Part shown: positions 50,274 through 59,160 of the stretch, piece after piece
Numbering within the stretch: position 1 is the stretch's first letter
How the letters are laid out: each line of letters opens with the position of its first letter
NCBI GenBank assembly: GCA_043797125.1
Contig: JAZDPX010000033.1
Location: 98,527-162,526, forward strand
Reading direction: 5' to 3'
Origin: Candidatus Omnitrophota bacterium
GTDB taxonomy: Bacteria; Omnitrophota; Gorgyraeia; JABMRG01; JAFGKX01
Length of the DNA stretch: 64,000 nt
The notes under the pieces: model-generated
What the model was told of the DNA's origin: nothing
The model's database searches: none
Seen by the model: the letters and a program-made list of their open reading frames with translations, nothing else
Made by a program: the position numbers and the translations under genes

Positions 50274-51615
50274 GCCTGCATACCCTGTTTTTACCCGCGC
50301 TCTTTGCCCTGTATAACATCTTGTCCGCCTTTTCTATCAAATTAAAGCCCGCCTTTGCATCATCGGGATAAGTGGATAATCCTATGCTGATTGTCGTATC
50401 AAGGGTCTCTATTGTTTTCCTTAACCTGTTTGCAACAAGCTCTGCGCCGTTTAAATCCGTGTCAGGAAGCACTATGCAAAATTCCTCACCGCCGTATCTG
50501 CCGATAATATCTATTTCTCTTATTCCGTTTTTAAGCATTAATGCTATTCTTTCCAGCAAGAGGTCTCCTTTTAGGTGGCCGTATCTGTCATTATATTCTT
50601 TAAAATCATCTATATCTATCATCAGAAGCGAAACCCTGGCGTTAAACAACTCAGCCCTGGTTAATTCTTCGTTTAAACGCTGCATGAGATGCCTCCTGAC
50701 AAACACCTTTGTCAAATCGTCAGTAATGGCCATCTCCTGCACCAGTTCATACAGCCTTACGCGCTCAAGCGCCATAGAAAGCTGGTTTGTAGCTACGACA
50801 AAATGGTCGACCTGCTCAAGATCAATGTCCTCTGCCGCCAAAATCGCGTTTATCTTTTCAGCTGATATAATAGGGGCTGCTATAAACGTGTTAAGATGCT
50901 CGGGGAATATAAACTCTTCGGCATCGATCTTTCCTACCTTGCTGTCTATTACAAGCAACTGTTTCTTGCGCAGCATGAATTTGAGCAATCTATCTTCATA
51001 ACCTGAGCCTTCTACCTGCTCAACCTTTTCGCTTCCTATCTGGAATATCTTATCGATCTTTGTTTCCTTTTCCGAATCATATAAAGTAATAAATTCGCAC
51101 CTTGAAAACTTGAAAGATTCTGCCAGGATATCGCGCAATGCTGTCAATAAATCATCGCTCGTAGCGCAGGAACCCAGTTTTTTTGCAGTATGGTAGAGAT
51201 TGCTTATCTCGGATACCTTATTATCTAAATAAAACTTGCGTTCGCTTATTTGGTTAGCCGGCAATTCACTTTCCTTGAATTTTTCTTCCAATAAACTAAT
51301 GGTGTCTTGTTTTTGGGTTGCGTTTTTAACGAAGGTTGCCCTGGCAAGAGCGGTTAATAAGCCGCACGCGATAAACAGCAAAACACTCTGCAAAAAATTA
51401 GCGCCTGATACGCCTGCCTGAATCAGGGTCAGGCCCAGCAAAGAACAAAATGACACAATAAAAACTGCGGTAAAGTTCCCGTAAAAATAACCGCCAAAGG
51501 CAATGGGTATAACACAGAGGCTAAAAGCAAAATAATAATCCTTTGTGCCGGATGCAAGCAGCAAAGATATCGTGTATATAAAAGCAGCGCACACCAGTAA
51601 TATCAACTTATGCAT
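50260..51615 (-). CDS. Membrane-anchored GAF-GGDEF diguanylate cyclase
   Basis: N-terminal TM helices; 'RYGGEEFCIVLPDTD' active-site motif. Confidence 0.85.
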   Translation of the reverse strand: MHKLILLVCAAFIYTISLLLASGTKDYYFAFSLCVIPIAFGGYFYGNFTAVFIVSFCSLLGLTLIQAGVSGANFLQSVLLFIACGLLTALARATFVKNATQKQDTISLLEEKFKESELPANQISERKFYLDNKVSEISNLYHTAKKLGSCATSDDLLTALRDILAESFKFSRCEFITLYDSEKETKIDKIFQIGSEKVEQVEGSGYEDRLLKFMLRKKQLLVIDSKVGKIDAEEFIFPEHLNTFIAAPIISAEKINAILAAEDIDLEQVDHFVVATNQLSMALERVRLYELVQEMAITDDLTKVFVRRHLMQRLNEELTRAELFNARVSLLMIDIDDFKEYNDRYGHLKGDLLLERIALMLKNGIREIDIIGRYGGEEFCIVLPDTDLNGAELVANRLRKTIETLDTTISIGLSTYPDDAKAGFNLIEKADKMLYRAKSAGKNRVCRHEEE

Positions 51616-53039
51616 ACCTTATTACGCCCCTCTTTTTTTGCCTTGTATAATAAAAAATCCACCCTCTCAAGCAGTTCTTTCTCGCTAGAGGCCTCGTCGG
51701 GAAATGACGCGACTCCGGCAGATACGGTAATCTTTGTCTCCTGCCGTCTTAAAATAAAAGATGTGGCCTCTATGTCTTTTCTTACGCTTTCAGCTGCCTT
51801 AGCGGCATTTTTCTTTTCAATGCCCGGAAATAAAACCACAAATTCCTCGCCGCCGTAGCGCGAGAGTATATTTGTCTGATTGACATTCTTTCGCATAATA
51901 CCTGCTATGCCTTTTAAGACCTTGTCTCCGGCGGCATGCCCGTATTTATCGTTATAATCTTTGAAGTGGTCTATATCAACCATGACAATTGACAGCGGGG
52001 CATTGGCCTTCCTGCAGCGGATAAACTCTTCGGTGAGCCTCTCTTTAAAATAACGGTATAGATATAGGCCTGTAAGGCTGTCCTTTATAGCCAACTCCTG
52101 GGTCCTGATATAAAGGTGCGCGTTATTAATTGCCGCGCTGGATAAGTCTGATATGAAATCCAACAATCTTAGATCATCCGCTGTGTATGCCTCGGGAGCC
52201 TTGCTGCCTAAGCGCAGGATGCCTATTCTGCGCTTCTGCATAATCAACGGCACTATAATAAGCGAGACTGCGGGGGGAGAGCTTTTTTCATATTTGTGAA
52301 AATCAAACCTGAAATCCTTGGTTGCGTCTGTTATGTGCAAAGGCTGCCTTTTATTAATAACCCAGCTATCAAAGACATCCGCGCTTTGATAATCAGGAAT
52401 AAGTTCATGCTGGGCCGGCTTGGAAAAACACAGCGACAGACCCTGGGTGTCTTTTGCAACAAGAAACAGTTTTCCCTCATCTGTCTTTCCGATTATTTCC
52501 CATGCCCTCTGGACCGTGAGCTGATAGATCTCATCTAAAGAAAGCTTTGCGTTAAATGCCTCTCCGAGATCCTTGAGCTTGCCGTATCTATCTAATTTTT
52601 TGGAAAGCGCGTCTATTAGTTCTGTATTTTTGCTGGTGCGGCTGTCTAAAAGATTCTGCTCTTCCTGGATCTTTTCTATTTTGGTGTTTTTCTCTAGTAA
52701 AAAAACTCTTTCTTTTTTATAAAATATGTATGCGGGGATACTCAGGCCTATCATCATGATTATCTGAAAATTAAATACGAGAGAATTCAAGGTCAAAGAT
52801 GCCAGCATAATTAACGGCACTGAAAGCGCTATGAAAGCCATGGCGCCTGAGATTCCTACGCCGTGCCAGATAAACAAAAGCCCCAGGCTAAGCAACATAA
52901 AACAATAGGGTGTTATGTGTTTTGGAAAGTCGGAACCGATATATTTTTGGGAAAATCCGAAGATAAAAAAAGACACAGCGCCGATGAATAAGGCTACAGA
53001 TATAAATGTACAGGCAATTCTGTATTTTTGGGAATACAT
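51603..53039 (-). CDS. Membrane-anchored GAF-GGDEF diguanylate cyclase (paralogous architecture)
   Basis: 'RYGGEEFVVLFPG'; N-terminal TM region; coiled-coil linker. Confidence 0.85.
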   Translation of the reverse strand: MYSQKYRIACTFISVALFIGAVSFFIFGFSQKYIGSDFPKHITPYCFMLLSLGLLFIWHGVGISGAMAFIALSVPLIMLASLTLNSLVFNFQIIMMIGLSIPAYIFYKKERVFLLEKNTKIEKIQEEQNLLDSRTSKNTELIDALSKKLDRYGKLKDLGEAFNAKLSLDEIYQLTVQRAWEIIGKTDEGKLFLVAKDTQGLSLCFSKPAQHELIPDYQSADVFDSWVINKRQPLHITDATKDFRFDFHKYEKSSPPAVSLIIVPLIMQKRRIGILRLGSKAPEAYTADDLRLLDFISDLSSAAINNAHLYIRTQELAIKDSLTGLYLYRYFKERLTEEFIRCRKANAPLSIVMVDIDHFKDYNDKYGHAAGDKVLKGIAGIMRKNVNQTNILSRYGGEEFVVLFPGIEKKNAAKAAESVRKDIEATSFILRRQETKITVSAGVASFPDEASSEKELLERVDFLLYKAKKEGRNKVCIS

Positions 53040-53045
53040 AGAGAG

Positions 53046-53090
53046 TATAAAGTTTAAAGTGTTAAGTGTAAAGTCAAAAGCGTAAAGTTA
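53046..53090. repeat. Heptamer-periodic array (NNaaagt)x6, intergenic
   Basis: gtataaagtttaaagtgttaagtgtaaagtcaaaagcgtaaagtt. Confidence 0.8.
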
Positions 53091-54191
53091 TATTATGGTT
53101 TTTTCGGTTTTGACGTCGAATAAATGCGCTTTTGTCATATCAAATACCAGCTCAAGGTCCTGATTGACCGCGGGCTTGCTATGTCCGCCAACGCGCGCTA
53201 TAAAAGTGTGCTTTCCGCTGTTAAGATACAGAAACGCTTCCGCTCCCATCGGTTCATAGACCTCGCAGGTGGCGCTGACTACATTTTCGCTCGAGGCATC
53301 TTGAGCAAACAGCCTGTCATAAATATCTTCCGGCCTTATGCCGAAAACTATTTCCTTATTAATGTATGGGGCTAATTTATCGCGCATCTCATCAACAAGT
53401 TTGACAGAAAAATTGCCTTCATAAAAATAGAATTTAGTATCCTTTTTTATTATCTGGCCGGTCATGAAATTCATGGAAGGCGAACCTATGAAGCCTGCCA
53501 CAAACTTATTAATAGGCTTGTCATAAAGCGTGATAGGGTCGTCTATCTGTTGTATCACACCGTCTTTCATAACAGCTATTCTGGTTCCCATTGTCATGGC
53601 CTCTGTCTGGTCATGAGTTACATATATCATTGTGGTCTGAAGCCTGGTATGAAGTTTGTTAATTTCGGTTCTCATCTGCACGCGCAATTTGGCATCCAGG
53701 TTGCTCAATGGTTCATCGAACAGAAAGACAATCGGCTTTCTGACTATGGCCCTGCCTACAGCCACTCTCTGGCGCTCGCCGCCTGATAATTCTTTTGGGC
53801 GCTTATTTAGATGTTTGGTGATATTTAGTATCTGCGCGGCTTCCCTTACGCGCTGGTCTATCTCAAGTCTAGGGATCCTACGCAGCTTAAGCCCGAAAGC
53901 CATGTTCTCGTACACTGTCATGTGAGGGTAAAGCGCGTAATTCTGAAACACCATGGCGATGTTTCTATCCTTGGCAGGGATATCGTTGACCATCTTATCG
54001 CCGATATAAATCTCGCCGCTTGTAATCTCTTCCAAGCCCGCTATCATTCTTAACGTGGTGGATTTTCCGCATCCCGAAGGCCCGACAAGGACTAGAAATT
54101 CCTTGTTTTCTATTCCCATGTTTATATCCTTCACCGCATAAACATTGGGCGGGAATTTCTTGGTAACATTCCTTAAACTAACCTGCGCCAT
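53088..54191 (-). CDS. ABC transporter ATP-binding protein, MalK/UgpC-type sugar importer ATPase with C-terminal TOBE domain
   Basis: 'LVGPSGCGKSTTLRMIAGLEEITSGEIYIGDKMVNDIPAKDRNIAMVFQNYALYPHMTVYENMAFGLKL'; 'LSGGERQRVAVGRAI'. Confidence 0.9.
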   Translation of the reverse strand: MAQVSLRNVTKKFPPNVYAVKDINMGIENKEFLVLVGPSGCGKSTTLRMIAGLEEITSGEIYIGDKMVNDIPAKDRNIAMVFQNYALYPHMTVYENMAFGLKLRRIPRLEIDQRVREAAQILNITKHLNKRPKELSGGERQRVAVGRAIVRKPIVFLFDEPLSNLDAKLRVQMRTEINKLHTRLQTTMIYVTHDQTEAMTMGTRIAVMKDGVIQQIDDPITLYDKPINKFVAGFIGSPSMNFMTGQIIKKDTKFYFYEGNFSVKLVDEMRDKLAPYINKEIVFGIRPEDIYDRLFAQDASSENVVSATCEVYEPMGAEAFLYLNSGKHTFIARVGGHSKPAVNQDLELVFDMTKAHLFDVKTEKTII

Positions 54192-54210
54192 TTTGTTTTA
54201 CTCTTTAGCA

Positions 54211-55068
54211 TTATGATAAATAACCCAATAATTTCGTTATCTCTTCCTTCATCTGCGGCCTTGCGACTATCATATCGATAAGCCCATGCTCAAGCAGAAA
54301 CTCTGATCTCTGGAATCCTTCGGGAAGTTTCTGCTTTATGGTCTGCTCGATGACCCTTGGCCCTGTAAAGCCGATTAACGCCTTGGGCTCCGCTATTATA
54401 ATATCGCCTAAAGACGCGAAACTTGCCATTATCCCTGCCATGGTCGGGTGAGTAAGCACAGAAATAAACAGCTTTCCTTTTTTATGTAATTCTGATAACG
54501 CTGCCGAGGTCTTGGCCATCTGCATCAGGGAAAACATGCCCTCGTGCATCCTGGCGCCGCCGCCTGAACCTGATATAATAATAACTGGCAAACCCTTTTC
54601 TATTGCCAGCTCAACAGCCCTTGTTATTTTCTCACCGACAACAGAACCCATAGAGCCCATAATAAACCTTGAATCTGTAACCGCTAAAACTGTGTTTATA
54701 GCGTTTATTTTACCGGTGCCGCATATTACAGCCTCTTTCATTCCGGTAGCAGCCTGGTCTTCCTTAACCTTCTCTTTATATGTCTTTGTGCCTTTGAATC
54801 CAAGAGGGTCTGCCGAAGTCATGTCCGCATCAATTTCCCTGAAAGTGCCTTTATCAATAAGTATGTTTATTCTCTCCTGCGCGCTGATTACAAAATGGTA
54901 ATTGCATTTGGGGCAAACTTTAAGGTTTTCCTCCAGGGCCTTGTTATAAATTATTTCCCCGCAATCCTCGCATTTGGTCCAGAGCCCGTCAGGAATATCC
55001 TTTTTCTTCTGCTGCTTGAATTTTTTCAAGTTTACTATTGTGTATTTTGGCTTTCCGAATATTGGCAT
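54211..55068 (-). CDS. accD: Acetyl-CoA carboxylase carboxyltransferase subunit beta
   Basis: Zinc ribbon 'CEDCGEIIYNKALEENLKVCPKCNYHF' plus carboxyltransferase domain. Confidence 0.9.
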   Translation of the reverse strand: MPIFGKPKYTIVNLKKFKQQKKKDIPDGLWTKCEDCGEIIYNKALEENLKVCPKCNYHFVISAQERINILIDKGTFREIDADMTSADPLGFKGTKTYKEKVKEDQAATGMKEAVICGTGKINAINTVLAVTDSRFIMGSMGSVVGEKITRAVELAIEKGLPVIIISGSGGGARMHEGMFSLMQMAKTSAALSELHKKGKLFISVLTHPTMAGIMASFASLGDIIIAEPKALIGFTGPRVIEQTIKQKLPEGFQRSEFLLEHGLIDMIVARPQMKEEITKLLGYLS

Positions 55069-55077
55069 GTTTGCGTG

Positions 55078-55710
55078 CTATAACCCTAATAGCTCCTTTA
55101 TCTTGTCCGCTGCGGAGGAGGCGTTATCCGCATATCCATCCGCGTCTATTTCATCCGCGTACTTTTGAGTAACCGGCGCCCCGCCTATAACTGTCTTTAT
55201 CTTTCCTTTTAAGCCTTTGTTTTTGAGTAAATCTACCGTAGCTTTCATAGACGGCATGGATGTGGTAAGAAGCGAAGACATAGCTATAACCTTTGCCTGA
55301 TTTTTAACTGCTTCATCGATAAAACGTTTTGGGTCAACATCTATGCCAAGGTCAATGACCATAAAGCCTGCGCCTTTCAGCATCATGGAAACTAAATTTT
55401 TGCCGATATCGTGCAAATCGCCTCTTACTGTGCCGACGATTACCTTACCTTTAGGTTTTACGCCTGCTTTAGCCAAAAGCGGCTCCAGGATATCAAGCCC
55501 TGCGTGCATTGCCTTTGCGGAGATGAGAACTTCGGGCACGTATATTTCATTGGCCTTGAACTTCTCGCCTACTACGGACATGCCTGCGATAAGCCCTTTA
55601 TTCAGCACATCTTCTGAAGAAGCTCCTGCAGATATTGCCTTATTTACAAGAGTTGGAACAGCAGAAATATCGCCATTGAGGATGGCGTTTTTGATTGGGT
55701 CGTAATTCAT
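55078..55710 (-). CDS. Cobalamin (corrinoid)-binding protein, MtbC/MtmC-like (B12-binding cap + Rossmann)
   Basis: 'GTVRGDLHDIGKNLV' DxHxxG motif; start placed at 'MNYDPIKNAIL'. Confidence 0.7.
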   Translation of the reverse strand: MNYDPIKNAILNGDISAVPTLVNKAISAGASSEDVLNKGLIAGMSVVGEKFKANEIYVPEVLISAKAMHAGLDILEPLLAKAGVKPKGKVIVGTVRGDLHDIGKNLVSMMLKGAGFMVIDLGIDVDPKRFIDEAVKNQAKVIAMSSLLTTSMPSMKATVDLLKNKGLKGKIKTVIGGAPVTQKYADEIDADGYADNASSAADKIKELLGL

Positions 55711-55809
55711 ATAATAATAGATACATTTAGTATAGGAGGTATAGTAGCATATCGGGGATAAAAGGCAAGGAAATTCTCTCAAATCCTATGTTAATTCTCA
55801 CTGTATCTA

Positions 55810-55964
55810 AAGCCTTTGCATGCCTTGCCTTCGCTTGTCACTCGCTCAGAGAATTTTTCGCCTTCGGCGAAAGGCGCTCTTCGCTCGTTGTGGCAAAAAT
55901 CGCTCACTAATCGCCGGGTTTTCGCGATTTTTGACAGTCGCTTCGGCAAAGCATGCAAAGGCTT
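55810..55964. repeat. GC-enriched element with nested inverted repeats (outer 14-bp perfect IR aagcctttgcatgc / gcatgcaaaggctt)
   Basis: Outer IR at 55810-55823 and 55951-55964; inner hairpins cgccttcggcgaaaggcg and caaaaatcgc...gcgatttttg. Confidence 0.7.
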
Positions 55965-56080
55965 CTTCTGCGCCTGTAAATTACCATAGGGATTCTCGTT
56001 CATGGCGGGAAAATATTTGTTTAACGGTGGGCAACAGCTAAATCTTCCGCTATTGTTTTTTCGGCAATGCCCAAAGGCTT

Positions 56081-56114
56081 ACCATAGACTATCGACTATT
56101 GACTATAGACTATT
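56081..56114. repeat. Heptamer tandem array downstream of the 1007-aa gene
   Basis: accatagactatcgactattgactatagactatt. Confidence 0.9.
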
Positions 56115-59114
56115 TTACGCTGCTGCGTCAACGGCTACGGTTAAATATCTGCCCCATTCCGGTATGTGTGGGGTAATATCAGCGGGGTTTTGGGTTATAT
56201 CTATGACTGTAACTTTACCTATTTTAAGCATGAACATCTGCCTAAGAGTTTGTTCTATCTCTTTAACATCTTTTGCTCTTTCGCTGCCTTTCTGACTTTC
56301 TAACAGAATCTTCATTTCAACTTTAATATTCTTTATCTCCTTTAACCCGTCAACCTCCATATCTCTGGTTGCTCGAATGACACCGGCAGGGCATTTAATA
56401 GTATAACTTTTTTCCGAAACGGTGATTTCTACTGATATCATTCTGTCTTCCCACCCCCTGATTGTATCTGTTAGTTTTGCCGTCATTAAAGAATACAGCG
56501 ACTCCCAATCTTCTGCTGTAAAATTTGCAATTACTTCTATGCCTTCGGGCTCCGATTCTTTGCTAATATCAGATATGCCTTTTATTTCCAGCGCATAGGA
56601 CTTCATGTATATTCTGAAAGCGTTGCGAAGATCTGTTTGAAATTGTTTCATGGATTTAATATCTTTTGCGAAATTTAAGCGGCCTGTTTCATTAAGTAAA
56701 ATTTTAAGTTCATGTTTAAATTTTTTCATGTCGTGCAAAGACAACATGGCATCACAAATTGCGCTATAGCTGTAGTCATCATCATCAATATCGAAAGATA
56801 TCCCACTGTTAAGAATAATTTTCATATCCATCCAATTTGACCATTTTTTGTATATTTCAATAAGGCTCCTTATCAAAACAGGCATTGTAAGCCCATCTGC
56901 CTTAAAATGTACAGTTGCCCCTTTCTCAAGGAACCTTTGCACATCCTGCTCGCCGACTGTCGCCGCCGCTGGCGGGCGAAGGGCGCTGGAGGCGATGGAT
57001 TGCTCTGCGGATTCCTCAAATTTTTTAAAAAGTTTTCTTAACCGGCGTAGAGAAGGGGCGTTTTCGTCATTATTTTTAGCGCCTTCTATTCTTGCATATT
57101 CTAAAGGCTTCACTATATTCCAGACTTTATAAATAGTAAGATCGTTATAGCTTTCACTTTTAAGAAGAGAGAGAATTTCATTTATATATTTTTCATTAAA
57201 CTCCAAGCTAAAAGGCAGGCGCATAATCCTATAAAGTAAATCGAGATTACCTTTTTCTTTAGAAGCAGGGATAATAAAATCTTGCAAGAATATTTTAGCT
57301 TTTTTAGCGCCGAATTTATCCTTTATGTCTGGCAGCTTTTCTAAAATAGCGTTAATTATGTTAACCCTGCATTTTTTATCAGAGCCGCGCTCTTTAAACG
57401 TAAATTGGTTACCTTTCCACATTAGCCTGTGAATCAGCTCATATGCCTCTGTTCTTCTGAGCTGCCTGGTGAGGATTTTAAAACCTTCCAGTTCTTTCCC
57501 AGCCAGTTTTTTCCCAGCTGGTTTTTTCCCAGCCGGTTTTTTCCCAGTGATAGTCTCACGATAAATTAGCTCATTTTTTGAAAGTAATGTTAAAAATTCA
57601 TTAAAATAATCTCTTCTACTTTCAAGTTTTTTTAACTTGCCTATCTCCACAAAAATGGAATCATCAACTATTGTCTCGCCCAAGTATTTGATTTCTACCT
57701 TCTTGCCGTCAATTTTCACCCATTGATACTCATCATCTATAATCGGCACACCCAGATACTTAAAGGCCTCTTTGAGAGTGGAATATCTTTCGACAGAAAC
57801 AACGCCGGCAACACCGTCAAGTTTTAAGCCATTCAACGTAATATGTATATCCACTGTGGGCATATGTTCTCTTAATTCATCAACAGGGCCTTCCTTTATT
57901 AAAAAGCTGTCAAAAATAACCGGTTTTTTGCCTTCCTCGGATTTTCTTATGGCGCGGGCAATATTCACTATAATGTGGCCGAGTATTCGCCTTTTCTTCT
58001 TATTCTCTATCTTATTGATAATATCATCCGTTATGTCTTTCATTATACCGGACAATATATTTTTGATTTCTTCGTCTTTTACCTTGCTAATCGCGACAGG
58101 CAATACAGCCTTAAGCTTATTCTCATTTGCCTGCTTGATTAATACCGGCAAAAATCGCTTGATAAAGATTGAAGGTGTTTTTTTAACTAATTGCAGTATT
58201 TTTTTTCCTAATTCTGTTTTGGATATTTCTATCGGCTCGTTTGGCAGGCTTCTTATGTCTAACCCAGAATCTGATTCAAGCAGCATTTTGCTAATTGAAG
58301 TGCCTCTTATCCACTTTTTAAACCTGCCTGCAGGCATTTTCTCGATTGCAGCCAGCAATATTTCTTTAACGCTGTCGGGAGGAAGTTTATTGATACTACT
58401 AATTGCAATCTTCTTAATTTCAGCAGGGGGGAGTTCATTAATAATATCCGGCAATATTTTTTTTGTCATATCCGCGGGAATATTTTTAAACACGCTGGGA
58501 AATAAGTTTGTTATCATATCGGACGGTATACTTTTGCCAACATCAGAGGCCTTGCCTTGCATAACGTTATCTGCATACTTAAGCAATTCAATGCATTCGA
58601 TGAGGATATATTCAACCTCTTCTTTTTTCGCTAATTTTTGTATTTCAAGAAGAGGCATTAATATGTACGCGACTTCTACAGGCCGCTGGTCTGCTAAAAC
58701 ACGAATGATTCCCAACGCATAATCATGAAAGATTTCCTGCTTATCGTCTTTTAGTATCAATATTATGGATTTCAGGAGTTTGCTTAATTTTTCCGGCGTA
58801 TCAAGTTTAGTGTTTGTAATCTCTTTTAATATATAGACTTTTTCATTAAAAGTATTTACATCTATGATATCTTCAGCGCCACGTGGTTTTTTAGCAAGTG
58901 TTTCAATATAATCGTTTAATTTTGCAGGAGAAATCTGATCTCTTTTCTCATATGGAATTTTCTCAAAATTATATTTGGCATAAAACTCCTGCCAAGTCAT
59001 CGTCTTTTCAAGTTCCATCTCCAGTTGCGTCTTATTCGCCATCGGGCGCAGGCAAAAGGCATTCGGGGGTACCGCTAATATTATCGCTATCGTTATCGCT
59101 GTTATTTTTCTCAT
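56115..59114 (-). CDS. Giant secreted/anchored hypothetical protein (about 1000 aa) with internal 'LPP...IKK' helical repeats and a (PAGKK)n tract; co-oriented 22 nt downstream of the sigma-fusion gene
   Basis: Start moved to Met9 (ATG 59114, AGGAAA SD); N-term 'MRKITAITIAIILAVPPNAFCLRPMA'; 'KKPAGKKPAGKKLAGKELEG' encoded by ttttttcccagcc(a/g)g x4 at 57493-57548. Confidence 0.5.
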   Translation of the reverse strand: MRKITAITIAIILAVPPNAFCLRPMANKTQLEMELEKTMTWQEFYAKYNFEKIPYEKRDQISPAKLNDYIETLAKKPRGAEDIIDVNTFNEKVYILKEITNTKLDTPEKLSKLLKSIILILKDDKQEIFHDYALGIIRVLADQRPVEVAYILMPLLEIQKLAKKEEVEYILIECIELLKYADNVMQGKASDVGKSIPSDMITNLFPSVFKNIPADMTKKILPDIINELPPAEIKKIAISSINKLPPDSVKEILLAAIEKMPAGRFKKWIRGTSISKMLLESDSGLDIRSLPNEPIEISKTELGKKILQLVKKTPSIFIKRFLPVLIKQANENKLKAVLPVAISKVKDEEIKNILSGIMKDITDDIINKIENKKKRRILGHIIVNIARAIRKSEEGKKPVIFDSFLIKEGPVDELREHMPTVDIHITLNGLKLDGVAGVVSVERYSTLKEAFKYLGVPIIDDEYQWVKIDGKKVEIKYLGETIVDDSIFVEIGKLKKLESRRDYFNEFLTLLSKNELIYRETITGKKPAGKKPAGKKLAGKELEGFKILTRQLRRTEAYELIHRLMWKGNQFTFKERGSDKKCRVNIINAILEKLPDIKDKFGAKKAKIFLQDFIIPASKEKGNLDLLYRIMRLPFSLEFNEKYINEILSLLKSESYNDLTIYKVWNIVKPLEYARIEGAKNNDENAPSLRRLRKLFKKFEESAEQSIASSALRPPAAATVGEQDVQRFLEKGATVHFKADGLTMPVLIRSLIEIYKKWSNWMDMKIILNSGISFDIDDDDYSYSAICDAMLSLHDMKKFKHELKILLNETGRLNFAKDIKSMKQFQTDLRNAFRIYMKSYALEIKGISDISKESEPEGIEVIANFTAEDWESLYSLMTAKLTDTIRGWEDRMISVEITVSEKSYTIKCPAGVIRATRDMEVDGLKEIKNIKVEMKILLESQKGSERAKDVKEIEQTLRQMFMLKIGKVTVIDITQNPADITPHIPEWGRYLTVAVDAAA

Positions 59115-59124
59115 ATTTTCCTGC

Positions 59125-59160
59125 CGACTATAGACCATCGACTATCGACCATAGACCACT
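59125..59160. repeat. Heptamer tandem array between the two giant genes
   Basis: cgactatagaccatcgactatcgaccatagaccact. Confidence 0.9.

Noticed and set aside
55783-56000. Cobalamin riboswitch upstream of the corrinoid-protein gene
   Set aside because: Neither strand contains a B12 box (gccactg core) or the expected multi-stem aptamer. The structure present is a simple nested inverted repeat.
55791-56003. 70-aa minus-strand ORF in the inverted-repeat element
   Set aside because: It entirely overlaps a palindromic non-coding-looking element with an equally long plus-strand ORF. The composition is driven by the repeat.
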